Source of the DNA: Octopus bimaculoides
Taxonomy: Eukaryota
Assembly: GCF_001194135.2 (NCBI RefSeq)
Contig: NC_068984.1
Span: 69,730,107 to 69,794,106 of the forward strand
Reading direction: 5' to 3'
DNA length: 64,000 nucleotides
The position numbers were made by a program, and so were the translations under genes. The notes beneath the pieces are model-generated. The model searched no databases and was not told where the DNA came from. It saw only the letters and a program-made list of their open reading frames with translations. This document shows, piece by piece, positions 11,691 to 24,159 of the stretch; within the stretch, counting starts at the first letter, position 1, and each line of letters opens with the position of its first letter.

Positions 11691-13514
11691 ATAGAAAATT
11701 TTAAATAATTAGTCACCAGATGACATTGTACATTTCCTTCCAATATATTTTGTAGAATTAAATCTTTCAGATGCTCCGTACATTTAAAAACTGTATTTAT
11801 TATAATTAAAGAAGATAACATTTTATAAAAGTTTGAAGAATGTTTCCCTTGGAAGTTTTAATTATCCATTCTACTTAGACACAAAATTTATAAACATTTG
11901 TGCCAATCAGGGAGATTGTATATGGTTGCTTGAGAATTAGATCTTCATAAGATCATATCCCACCATCTTAAAATGTATATATGGACATATTGAGTGAATT
12001 AGTCTAAGATGCAATATATCTGAAAAAAAGTTAGGCTTTCCATACTTGCACTGAATTTCGTTGTAGCAATGTAGTTGATCATAACTTTGGCTGAAACAGC
12101 ATATAATCGAGCCAAATGAAGAGCCCATACATGGTCGGTTGATATACTACATATAGCAGCCAAACTGTTGAATCACACTATTAATTTGAATAAGAAAAGG
12201 GTTCATCAGATACATCTAAAAAGATCTGATGGCTGTAGCTGAATACCTCTAAACACAGTTCTGCTCAGTTGGAGGTTTGCTGAGGTTTTAAGAAGAAACA
12301 TGATAATTCTTGGTTAAATACTCAAATATCTTGTATCATTTCTTTGCTATCTTTGGAAATAGTAAGCCTGTATCCATGGAAACTAGTGTGAGCCTGAGTC
12401 ATCAAAAATACAAACAGTTAAGAAAATTTCTGTTCATTGAAAAGACATGGTTTCTGACTATTTTGGCTTGGCCCTTCTTGGGAAAATAAGTTGTCTGTTG
12501 TAAGGATGTAAATAAAATTGATTTTTGCTTAACTACTGGAAATTATTACAGATAAAATGGAATGTATATTGATTAGCATTTTATATTCTTAGCCTGGAAT
12601 TTTGAAATATCATATTTAGTGATAGTTATTTTTCTTTATGATAATGCAGTACACTTGATTAATAACTGGAAAAGCTGTAATAAGGAGCAATGACATCAGT
12701 AGTTCCTTTAAGTAAATAAAATAAAAGCTAACAGCTTTTATTTATTTAGCCATCATAATTCTGTAACTGGCATCATGTTCTTTTTTAAGTTGAAGGTTTG
12801 TGTATAAATGTTTATTGTTGGTTGTAATGTTTTACCAGAACACACTGTTGTATAGAGCATTTATGTAATAACTATTCATCATTGTATCCATGTTATAAGT
12901 GTGATAAAGTTCTATATTAAAGTGATTTTGATATTGCTAGGAAATTTCTGCCACATAGCATTGTGTACTGGTAAAATTTCCAGCTTTTACCATGCTATGC
13001 AAATACTAGCTGCTTTAGAAAAAAAATCTCTGGTTTAAGTTAGATGTGAACTGTCTTAACCTGTTCTATAGTGACATGAAAATAAAACCCTATTTATTCT
13101 TAGTGTTGTTGTTGCTTTATTATTATTATTATTATTATTATTGCTACTACTTTTGCTGTTGTTGTTATTATTAAGGCAGTGAGCTAGCACACCAAACAAA
13201 ATGCTTAGCTGTATTTCTTCTGGTTTTATGTTTTAAGTTCAAATTCTGCTGCTGCTGCTACAGCTGATGATGATGATGGTGATGATGATAGTGGTTAGAC
13301 AAGGGAACTACTTGCAAAAACTTTTATAACTAAATATCAGCTTGATAGTGGGGTCCATTTAATTAAATATCCTCTTCTCCCAAACAAAGTACCAGTCAAA
13401 TACTGAGCTCACTTTAACTGACTGTTCTCCTCCCGCCGAAATTTCAAGCTGTGTGCTATCAGAAATTATCATCCTCCTCCTCATCATCATCATCATCAGC
13501 AGCAACATTGTCTT

Positions 13515-13768
13515 AGTATTATTTTTACTGCATAAGGGCAGCGAGCTGGCAGAATCATTAGCACGCTGGGCGAAGTATTTAGCAGTATTTCGTCTATCGT
13601 TATGTTCTGAGTTCAAACTCTGCCGAGGTCGAGTTTGCCTTTCATCCTTTTGGGGGTGATTAAATAAGTACCAGTTATGCACTGGGGTCGATGTAATTGA
13701 CTGAAACCCTTTGTCTGCCCTTGTTTGTCCCCTCTATGTTTAGCCCTCTGTGGGCAATAAAGAAATAA
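13515..13768 (+). mobile_element. SINE family B, full length (~250 bp)
   Basis: ggcagcgagctggcagaatcattagc...gagttcaaactctgccgaggtcgagtttgcctttcatccttttggggt..aagtaccagtt...gggcaataaagaaataa. Homologous copies at 5565, 20540, 27530, 28125 and 57105. Confidence 0.9.
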
Positions 13769-13959
13769 TTATTTTTGCTGCTTAGTTTCACTACACAAGA
13801 GAGGATAACTCTGAGTGCCTGGTGTATGTGCTGTCAGTATGTGTAAATCTTGGTGTTTTAGTATTTGTCTGGTTCTTTTTTTTTCACTCATTCACAAGGC
13901 CTATATTTTCATTTTCTGCATTCTAGTTATCTTTGTTTCATATCTTATATATTAATAGT

Positions 13960-15288
13960 TTATTATTATTATTATTTTATGTTTGACTTTTGTTTTGCAT
14001 TTGTACAAGTTGGATCCAAGTCTCACCCAGAGACCTCAAGAGACAACAAGTTACAAGTTCAGGTAGGTGGGTACAAGTTCATGCCTAGGGTACCATATAT
14101 TTGGATTTGTACAGTTTTGTTCTACTGAATGTTTAAGAAACCATAAGAAAATTATGTGTTTGCTTTAAAATTTGAGATCACATAGACAGTATTTTACGTA
14201 GGATATGGGCAGTTCCCATGAACACTATCTTTTGAACTTCAGCCATTTTGGGGTTTCCTGGTATCTGAGCTAAGAAGTAATTAGCCCGTTTCACTGTCAT
14301 TCCCAGGGCACCTATGACAATAGNNNNNNNNNNNNNNNNNNNNNNNNNNNNNNNNNNNNNNNNNNNNNNNNNNNNNNNNNNNNNNNNNNNNNNNNNNNNN
14401 NNNNNNNNNNNNNNNNNNNNNNNNNNNNNNNNNNNNNNNNNNNNNNNNNNNNNNNNNNNNNNNNNNNNNNNNNNNNNNNNNNNNNNNNNNNNNNNNNNNN
14501 NNNNNNNNNNNNNNNNNNNNNNNNNNNNNNNNNNNNNNNNNNNNNNNNNNNNNNNNNNNNNNNNNNNNNNNNNNNNNNNNNNNNNNNNNNNNNNNNNNNN
14601 NNNNNNNNNNNNNNNNNNNNNNNNNNNNNNNNNNNNNNNNNNNNNNNNNNNNNNNNNNNNNNNNNNNNNNNNNNNNNNNNNNNNNNNNNNNNNNNNNNNN
14701 NNNNNNNNNNNNNNNNNNNNNNNNNNNNNNNNNNNNNNNNNNNNNNNNNNNNNNNNNNNNNNNNNNNNNNNNNNNNNNNNNNNNNNNNNNNNNNNNNNNN
14801 NNNNNNNNNNNNNNNNNNNNNNNNNNNNNNNNNNNNNNNNNNNNNNNNNNNNNNNNNNNNNNNNNNNNNNNNNNNNNNNNNNNNNNNNNNNNNNNNNNNN
14901 NNNNNNNNNNNNNNNNNNNNNNNNNNNNNNNNNNNNNNNNNNNNNNNNNNNNNNNNNNNNNNNNNNNNNNNNNNNNNNNNNNNNNNNNNNNNNNNNNNNN
15001 NNNNNNNNNNNNNNNNNNNNNNNNNNNNNNNNNNNNNNNNNNNNNNNNNNNNNNNNNNNNNNNNNNNNNNNNNNNNNNNNNNNNNNNNNNNNNNNNNNNN
15101 NNNNNNNNNNNNNNNNNNNNNNNNNNNNNNNNNNNNNNNNNNNNNNNNNNNNNNNNNNCAGATAAAGACGTTCTATATCTGCCTTAGGGTGGTGCATTCT
15201 ATGCATTGTCAACAGTTTTCGTATTTTTCTGTCAACATTACATATTTCAGTAATTGACCAGTTAACGATATTGAAACTGTAAGTCACG

Positions 15289-15290
<2 letters not shown>
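13960..15290 (-). mobile_element. 5'-truncated R4/Dong-like non-LTR retrotransposon (restriction-like endonuclease type), interrupted by an 835-N gap
   Basis: TYSFNIVNWSITEICNVDRKIRKLLTMHRMHHPKADIERLY on one side of the gap and IVIGALG...VQKIVFMGTAHILRKILSM* on the other are characteristic of R4/Dong ORF ends. Bounded by (TAA)n on both sides. Confidence 0.75.
14324..15158. other. Assembly gap (others at 35313-35595, 41884-42220, 42952-43943, 45030-45805, 55306-55911, 56809-57045; 10-N gaps near 23082, 29513 and 53834)
   Basis: Runs of N; all X-containing ORFs in the track span these gaps. Confidence 1.
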
Positions 15291-15366
<76 letters not shown>

Positions 15367-16441
15367 ATTATTATTCTTTATAATTCATCCTTTGAGAAGT
15401 ACATGATGTGTTATTCTTTCTTAAAACAAGAATTATGTACATCTTGGGAAACATGCCTAAAAGGTTAGCAAATTTACTCAATCTTAATGAAATGATCATG
15501 ATTAATGAAGATGTACAAAGTTAACAAACATGTTTAAGTTTAGCAAAAATGCCTAAACTTAACAAATTTTATATTTAAAAATGTTATTATTATTATTAGA
15601 CAAATATATAACCATTTTTATTAGAATGACGCTAGAGGATTTAGTTGAATGTTTTACAGTATTCAATTTAGTGGTATGTTTCATATCATAATTCTTTCAA
15701 GGATCAGAGACTTATGAACCATATTCTATCCTTATATCAATTATCTTGGGCCATACTTAAAGCAAGCCAATATTTATAACATCCACCTCAAAGGGAATAA
15801 CTATTTTTGTTTAAATGATCAGCTTTGTTTCACAAGAACAGATGAGCTCATGAAAGGTACAAATGTCACGGAATCCTGTTTCCTTTCAGTTCTGAATAAA
15901 AGATTATGTGCCTTTACCTGAAAATATTATGACATTTGGTTTGCGATTGTGAATGACGCCCACCAGCTACAAGATAAAAGTGATAATATTTAAGTTTGAA
16001 TTCACAGCTGTATAAAATTCACAACAGAAATGCAATACAACAATGAGTTTAATGGAAGGAAAAAGAGCAGTACTGATAAGATATCAGCTTGCAGGATTTA
16101 CTTTTAGATAATGTATAATGCCAAATGCAACTGGTTTCTTTGTAACTCTGAGAAGTAAGGTATGTACCAAATATGGGTTAACTGTGGAATAACAGTTGTG
16201 GAAATTTGGCTAATTTACTGTAAAGCTTTGATAATCACACCTTATGGATTAAATTCAAAGGCTTTCACATACTCTAGTCATATTGCAGTTAATTTTCTAT
16301 GATTCTTTACAGTTTTTCCAGTATCATGTGATTAATTAGTAACTACTCTCGACAGAGTCACACATTTTTCTTTTTCACATATTGTAAAAGGCACAATGGT
16401 CCTCTAAGAATAAAAAATTAAAAACTCAGTGTATGGCAAAT

Positions 16442-16595
16442 TGTTATGTCTCAAGCTACTGCTATCTAGCACCTTCGGATGATCTCTACTCAACCACTAC
16501 ACGACGGTTACTCAACTCCTCTACCACGGCTAGACTATCTCTATTTATATGTCTTGGGTGATCCTACTTCTTTGCTTGGGGGCGTCGACACAACA
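16442..16595 (-). mobile_element. Possible short solo LTR or unknown 154-bp element
   Basis: Ends TGTTATGTC...GACACAACA (8/9 inverted match). Flanks are caaat/aaaat. CpGs are retained, and there is a TATAAATAG on the minus strand. Confidence 0.35.
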
Positions 16596-16824
16596 AAAAT
16601 TAAAATACCCAGTGTATGTATCACGTACACGATGTTCAGACAGAGCAGTGATTTTTAGCTTGAATAGATTTTTTTGTCGGAAGGTTATATGAAAAAGCTA
16701 AGGGCTGTTGATAGTCATTTTGTGTATTTTAACATACCCTTCATGTTCTTTCCATACTATATCATGAAATCTCATCACTAATAGGTGAGATTCTTGAAGC
16801 AAAGTCCTGTTGTTAGATCTAAAC

Positions 16825-17148
16825 TAGTGGTTCACAACCATTTTTCTTATCTATGGATTCCTTTGATTATTATTTTATTCTGGTTGGTCCCCATAGTCAT
16901 TCAATGTTTTAAAACTAGTTTTATAGATACTTCTTTCAAAATTCTTACTTTGCTTTACTCACATCAACATGCGTAGATTGAACTATGTAAAACGTTAGTG
17001 AAAGTAGTGAAGTTGTTTCTTCCAAAAAATACATCTAAATCAAAAATTTTTCATGGACTCTTAATATACTACAGTGGTTAACTAATTATTTTTTTTTTCT
17101 TGCATGGACTCCACTAACTCTTATATGGACCCCAGTTGAGAACCGCTG
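16825..17148. mobile_element. hAT (Charlie-like) MITE, 324 bp
   Basis: TIRs tagtggttcacaac / gttgagaaccgctg. 8-bp TSD atctaaac (16817-16824) / atctagac (17149-17156), matching the nTCTAGAn target preference of Charlie-type elements. Confidence 0.8.
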
Positions 17149-20100
17149 ATCTAGACCAAGGATTTTTAAAATTTTGCATTTGCTTCAAAGCATTTTTTCA
17201 AGTCTGATGTCATTAATTTCATATAGTTTTTCTTCAGCATGCTTCCATTAACCTTGATTTAATTCTAAAGATGAAATTTGCCTTTTGAACAAAACATTAT
17301 TTTCTCTAGTAGTCTTTCAGCAGCTTTCAATTTAGTATCCTGATATAGGCTATTTGTCTTCATAATTTGCAGATTTATAATTTAGTTTTACAGCTGTGGT
17401 TGTTATTTCATGTTTCTGATGATAAAAGTTATATTTTAAGGTTTCTACTTTTGTGTTTCTCAAAACTACTTCTCTAATTTCCGTTGTATATATTTCTGAT
17501 GTTTTATGAATGCATTGCCTGTGTTATATTTAATAACTATGACAGTCAGTGACATATGATGTTCACAGAAATAACATTTTTTGAAATTATTGTCCTTTCA
17601 CTGAGGATGTTTGCTTGTATCTTGACTTCGAAGCTTCATCACTTTGTAATTAATTAGCATTTTGATTACTGATGCATATATCACAACATTTTGTTTCACA
17701 TGTTGCTTTTATACTTCCTGTACAGGTATCTTCTTTTGCATCCATGTTTGCATGTATGGCTGTTTATTAGTAGAATTGCTGTATTTCTGCTTTACTTTTC
17801 CAGGTTTCTTTTGTTTTTATGACCAAGTATTAACTAGAGTTAAAGTATAGGGGATTTGCATAGCTTGTCTTCTGATCCTAAAGGACTGAATGTATAATGC
17901 TTTAAGATTGTATGAAAAAAGGCACTGAGGCTTCCCTCTCTACTTGATACTCAGTTTTCATTCTGATCAAGCATGTCACCTTTATATATCATTCTTAACT
18001 GTCACAGATGTGTTTGGGTAATATTTACATTAAAATCTCATTATTTCCATCAGTTATATTTTCTTGGGAGTTCTTGAAAACTTTAAACAGATGTAAAACC
18101 TTGATTAGGTGACAGGCCTTTCAGATAATCCTATTGACTTTAGATCTTTGTAGTTTTGTGCTTTATCTCTTCTGCTACATTGAATCAGGTTTCAGAAATA
18201 TCTGCTAAAGAAAGAAAGGAGTAACCTTTTGAGGATATTCAATTCATTTGAGAAAATCAAATTTCACTTATCACAGATTGTGATTAATGACATAGTCAGG
18301 TAATGCTTTGTGTATCTGATGGATTGAACTCTATCTGTCTGTCTGTTTGTCTCTGTCTTTCTCTCACTTTCTTTTCTTCTTAAGTTAATACTTCCTATTT
18401 AATTATTTCATCACAACAATTCCTGATAAGTGTACAACCTCCTATCTAAAATACACATAATTAATATGAAACTTAAGACATTTATTACTTGTAATTTTGA
18501 ATGGTGTGAATTACTATAAAATTAACACTTGCTTTTATCATATTTATTTGTCAACAGCTAATGTAATTTTTAAATTAAATGCTAAAAATTGCTGCAAAAT
18601 GAAATCAGATTACACCTTGGAAGCTTGACAGAAAAGCCTTTGCAACTAATATAATGTTATTGCAGTGTTACATGTCATTAATTGCATATTCTAAGTGACT
18701 GATGTTAAACATTCATTTAAGTACCATTTTATGAACATAAGGCTCTAATTGAGTCAATCATGGAATGACTCCACACTCTTTTGATCTCAAAATAACATTT
18801 TAAGATTACACCCTACTGTGAATTGGCAGAATTATGAGAGCATCTAACAAATCACCTGTAGTATTTAGTTACAAGCTTTTAGATTATCTGTTCAAATCTT
18901 GCTTTGGTGAACTTTGCCTCACTTTTTTCAAGGCTCAATAAAGTGAAGTACAAGTCAAGTACAAACGTTGATTTAATAGTAAAATAAAATATCCTTGATT
19001 GAAATTGAATCATAAGAGAAGACTGTTATCTTAAAAAAAGAAAAGATAATTTAATCTTAAATAATTCCTAAAGATGGAATGGTGATGGTTGACAAGACAT
19101 TGGTAATAGGATTTCTTCATTAGGGCTGACCTGTGTGCTAAATGACAATGACACAGGACTCTTTAATATAAATTATATAATCAAAATAACAAAAACTTCG
19201 ACTGAGGCCAGTGTATGACAATGGAAGAGAATTGAAGAAGGAAATTAATGGATCAAATAATAGAGTTAATATCAATTTATTGCAAATTCTTTTGAGAAAT
19301 ATTTCAAGATGCACTTTTTCTAGAAGAAAAACAGAAAATGTCTCAAGTAAATCAACTTGTGTTCTATTAACACAAGATCAGTTTAGGTTACTGGCAAGTG
19401 CTGGTTCAAGAATGGACTTCTAAAATTCATGTCTCATCCAAGCTTGTGTTCTTTATAAACTATTTAACCATGAAAAATAGTAATTAGAAAATAAGGAACA
19501 GTCTTAGATTTTTAATACAGTTATGATATGTTCAGATATTGTTAACGATATGAAAACTAGAACTAAACATAGATGAACAGTTCATGCATGCTGTTTCAGT
19601 CTCAGCCTTATTTGAAATGATTCAAAGCAAATTTAACCAGCTTGGTCAATATGCTAGCGCCAACAATGATTTAAAAAAAAAAATCTTCACTCATTTTCCT
19701 AATTTGCATAGGTTTTCATACAATTTTATGATTTTACTTCTGATACTATGTTATTGTTTTGCTCCTGTTTAAAAAAAATGCTAATTAGGTGAGAAGGGCA
19801 GTACTCATGATCCTTATACTTCTTTCCTCTCAGATTGATGAGATTTATACATTTGAGGGCTAATGTATGCTACTAAATATAGGTGAAGGAGAGAGCTATG
19901 GATCTAGTATGGATGCTTGGAATACATTGAACTCCAGAAAAGACACCCAAGAATCAACTAATGTTGGTGGTGGGGTGATGTAAAACCATGCAGCATGACA
20001 ACCAAAAGCAGTTTCACAGTTTTAAAAATATAAACCGTTACATACTTTTTTTTGCATGTTGTTCTAATTTACAAAAATATCCAAAAGTTGTATGATCTGT

Positions 20101-20539
20101 AGATATTCTTTGTTTAAAGCATTTCCACGGAAATTTTTCTTCAGATATACCCTCAGATTTTACACAGCTATCTCTATAATTTTGAGATATATGAAGAAGC
20201 TGTGCTCCATCAAATCATCAAGGTGGGTGGCCAGTTTGGATAAGAATGGACTCAAAACCTAGTAACCCATCTAATTTATGCAAGTAAAGAAAGTGCTGAA
20301 GGTGATGTAATGAACTTAAATTCAATGGTGGTAGAAGACTACGATATGGTTGCATTAATTTGGTAGTTTTCAACAACTGTGAGATGAAAGATAAAGTGAA
20401 CCTTAGCCTGATTAAACTCAGAATGTAATGGGCCATAACTAAATGCTTCAAGATAAATTGTAAAATACTCCTAATGATTCTGCCAACCCACAACAGTAAT
20501 TTGCTGCAAATAACTAATATTGGTTTCAAGTTTTGGCAC

Positions 20540-20735
20540 AAGACCAGCAGTTGTGGAAGAGGGTGCAGTCAATTATATCGACCCTACTTATCAACTGGCA
20601 CTTATTTTATCAACCCTGAACGGCTGAAAAGAAAAAGTCGACCTTGGTAGAATTTGAACTCAGAACATAAAGATGAACGAAATGTCGCTAAGCATTTTAC
20701 TTGGCATGCTAATGATTCTGCCAGATTGCGGCCTT
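20540..20735 (-). mobile_element. SINE family B (a more decayed copy adjoins at ~20330-20500)
   Basis: aagtcgaccttggtagaatttgaactcagaac...gctaatgattctgccag is the reverse complement of the family B head. Confidence 0.75.
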
Positions 20736-21339
20736 GAATATAAGTAATATTGACTTCAGCTATTATTCATACAGATGTGCCATTGGAAAAGTTTGGATTC
20801 TATCAAATTACTACCAATGATATTTTGTAATTCTGCTCTAGACATTTATTTAAATGTCAGTGAAATCTTAAACATGCCAAAATATGAAGAACATATTGCA
20901 TGTAAGAGGTGTCACCTGTTTCCCTTTACCAAGTGAATATACTTTCTAGTATAAGGTTATATGTCTTAATTTTATTGAAAAATGTTTGAATATGTTAGAA
21001 GCTTTCTTGCTTTGCTGTTTATAGTTATATGCAGCTAGCCACAATGTTGTTACTGTAATGGTTAAAAAACGCAGACAAATCTTCATCAAACCACACCCTA
21101 CTGCTTTAAAAATGCAATTATGCATTAGATATGATAGTAATAAGATGTTTCATAATAGAATATTTCATGTAGGCTTGAGATTTTTGTAGTAAATACTTGA
21201 AAATAAATTTAGTAAAACACATAGATTATTTTCTAAAATCTTCAAAGTTTTTTGCAAGTTTAATGCTTTTTGTATCATAAGCATTGGCATGGCTGTGTGT
21301 TAAGAAGTTTGCTTTGCACAATATGCTACAATGGACAAG

Positions 21340-21680
21340 TGTTATCTATTATAGCCTTCAGGCTGACCAAAGTCTTGTGAATGGATTTGGTTGTTGGAAG
21401 CTAAAAGAAGCCCATCATATATATATATATATGTGTATACATACATATAAGTAAGCATATATCTAATATCTATGTGTATGTGTTTTTGCATCCCCCAACC
21501 ACTGCTTGACAACTGGTGTTCATGACTTTATGTTTCTGTAAGTTAGCAGTTCAGCAAAAGAGACCGAGAGAATGTTCCCCAAGCTTAATAAAAAATAAAT
21601 AAATTTGACTAAAATTCTTCAAGGCTATGCCCCAGCATGGCTCCAGTCTAATGACTGAAACTAGTAAAAGATAAAAGATA
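21340..21680 (+). mobile_element. SINE family A, degenerate
   Basis: caagtgttatctattatagcc..ctgaccaaagtcttgtgaatggatttgg..ccagcatggctccagtctaatgactgaaactagtaaaagataaaaga. Confidence 0.75.
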
Positions 21681-22290
21681 CTATAAACGAAATTTATATA
21701 GAGATAGGATTAATATATTTCATTAATTCTTCTGCTGAGTTTTGCATTGGTGTCAGGAAGCATTTTGGAAATTGACTGATTGGTCGGAAATGGTGGTAGT
21801 TTTGAATTTTAGTTAAAAAGTATGGCTGAGGAAAGAAGCTTTGAATGGCCTGTCACTTACTTGCTAGCTATGCTTTAAGAAATGAATTCGTTTCTACTGT
21901 GTGTCAGCAATTTGATTTATTGGTCTTATATATTACTAGGAGTGTTAGGATTTCAATTTTGCAGAAATGCATCTGTCAGAGGTGAAATAGGTTTCTCTGT
22001 AAAGAGATTGGTGATTCCTTGACAATTTCAGTCAATAGAATTCCCATTTATATGGGGGGGGGGGAAGGCAGGATAAGGAACACTGACAACAGTTAACTAA
22101 TCAAAAAGCTTTGTATACAACTTCTAATATCCTGTAATTTCTGTACGATCCTTTTCAGTGATGCAGAGTGAGTTTTAGATAGAGTATGCTGTATATCAAC
22201 AAGGTAAATCTAAACATCATGTTAGACGGTGATGCTACAGTTCAACTCCAGTTAACTGTAAATAAAAATATAAGGTTAACACTGAATGTA

Positions 22291-22467
22291 GGCGCAGGAG
22301 TGGCTGTGTGATAAGTAGCTTGCTTGCAAACCACATGGTTCTGGGTTCAGTCCCACTGCGTAGCACCTTGGGCAAGTGTCTTCTACTATAGCCTCGGGAC
22401 GACCAAAGCCTTTTGAGTGGATTTGGTAGATGGAAACAGAAAGAAGCCCGTCGTGTATATGTATATG

Positions 22468-22521
<54 letters not shown>

Positions 22522-22710
22522 TCCCCCCAGCATCGCTTGACAACCGATGCTGGAGTGTTTACATCCCCGTAACTTAGCGGTTCAGCAAAAGAGACCTATA
22601 GAATAAGTACTAGGCTTCCAAAGAATAAGTCCTAGGGTCGATTTGCTCGACTAAAGGTGGTGTTCCAGCATGGCCACAGTCAAATGACTGAAACAAGTAA
22701 AAAAAAAAAA
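22291..22710 (+). mobile_element. SINE family A, full length, young
   Basis: Aligns end to end with 11284-11690. Confidence 0.9.
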
Positions 22711-23208
22711 GTGTGTAAAAATATGTGTTTACAATAATTTGTAATAAATTGATAACAGGTAATTTATTTTACAATAAACATTCATTTGTTTTTACATGTT
22801 TTTTCAATGCAAGCATGGATTTCACAAATATGTAATTGAAATATTGTTCCATAGCTTGATGCTGATCCTATCACTATCCTTTACCTGTTTTTCAGATACG
22901 TGATCATTTGTTTTAAAAAGGTACAAAGACAATCAACAATTTGTAAATGGAAAATGACAACATTATTACTTGAAGGTCACTGACTTTCAGATAAGTGCAA
23001 ATGCATACAAATACAGACATGCACACACAGTCACACACACACACACACACAGTCACACACACACACACAGTCACACACACANNNNNNNNNNACACACACA
23101 CAGTCACACACACACACACAGTCACACACACACACACACACATATGCATTTTTAAACAAACACATGCATATATATGTACAAGTGCTTGTGTATGTAAATG
23201 TATATATA

Positions 23209-24159
23209 CAGTGTGGTGAATAAACTGTTGTCTAAATTACACAAAAATGAAAATAATACTAACATCTCATTTTAACAGATATATTTACCAAACTATATCT
23301 GTTCACCGATCTCTTTACAGAGAAATATATTCACCAATCTCTTTACAGAGAAACCTATTTCACCTCTGACAGATACATTTTTGAAAATATCTTCAAATAC
23401 TAAAGCGGAAACTTAGTCAATAAAATCACCGTTGGCTTCAGCCATGGACTCCAAACAACTTTGAAATCTCCTGCAAATCTTCTGGACGGTCCCCTTGTTA
23501 AGTTGGGGAATGTTGCTATAATTCTTGCCTTCAGTTCATCTTTGGTATTATATGGAGTTTTATTGGTCTCTCGCTCAACTGTGCCTCACACATAGTAATC
23601 AACGATGTTGCAGTCTGGGGAATTAAGTGGCCAGATATTAGGGGGAGGGGTCACAGAAATTGTATGACAGCCATGACTGGCTTCTGCTTGTGTGGCATGG
23701 TGCAGAGTCCTGTTGCCAGACAGAGGGTCTTCCAGCAGCAACCCTCTTGCAGCAGGGCAGCACTACCTCCTCCAGACACTTGATGTAGGCTTTTGTGTTG
23801 AGTCTGAGGCCATTTGAGAAGATGAATGGAGGCATAACGTCGACATAACTAGTGATCACTCCAAACACCATAATGTTGACTGGATGTTTGATTTTTATGT
23901 ATCCGAGTTCTCTGCACTGTCTTCAGATTGACATCCAAACACTTTTAAATGTTCGTAGTGGAGCTTCTGGTGCAAATACCAAGCAGTATAGCATGTCGTT
24001 TCCAAATTTCTGGCAGAGTGATTTGTGTCATGATGCTGTTTTTTTCGCAGACTGTGCCCAGCTGATCCTACTATACTGTGTAGTTGACAAAATCAAAAAC
24101 AGACAATGTGCATGAATGAAATTGAACTATCAAATGGTGATAATTTACCCATCACATGC
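23209..24159 (-). mobile_element. Internally deleted Tc1/mariner element, DD37D (maT)-like
   Basis: Minus-strand peptides KHPVNIMVFGVITS..VMPPFIF..WQQDSAPCHTSR..NIWPLNSPDCNIVDYYV give a D-to-D spacing of about 36-37. The N-terminal MTQITLPEIWKRHAILLG..VNLKTVQR joins directly to this, so the middle is missing. Degenerate TIRs with TA flanks. Confidence 0.8.

Noticed and set aside
14009-14062. Apparent plus-strand exon ttgtacaAG|ttggatcc...ttcag|GTAGGT
   Set aside because: It lies in the 3' UTR of the minus-strand R4/Dong-like element, so the splice-like signals are probably coincidental.
19211-19423. 70-aa ORF MYDNGRELKKEING... (and similar 60-90 aa ORFs at 49048, 60364 and 63779)
   Set aside because: No recognisable domain or splice support, and the lengths are within chance expectation.
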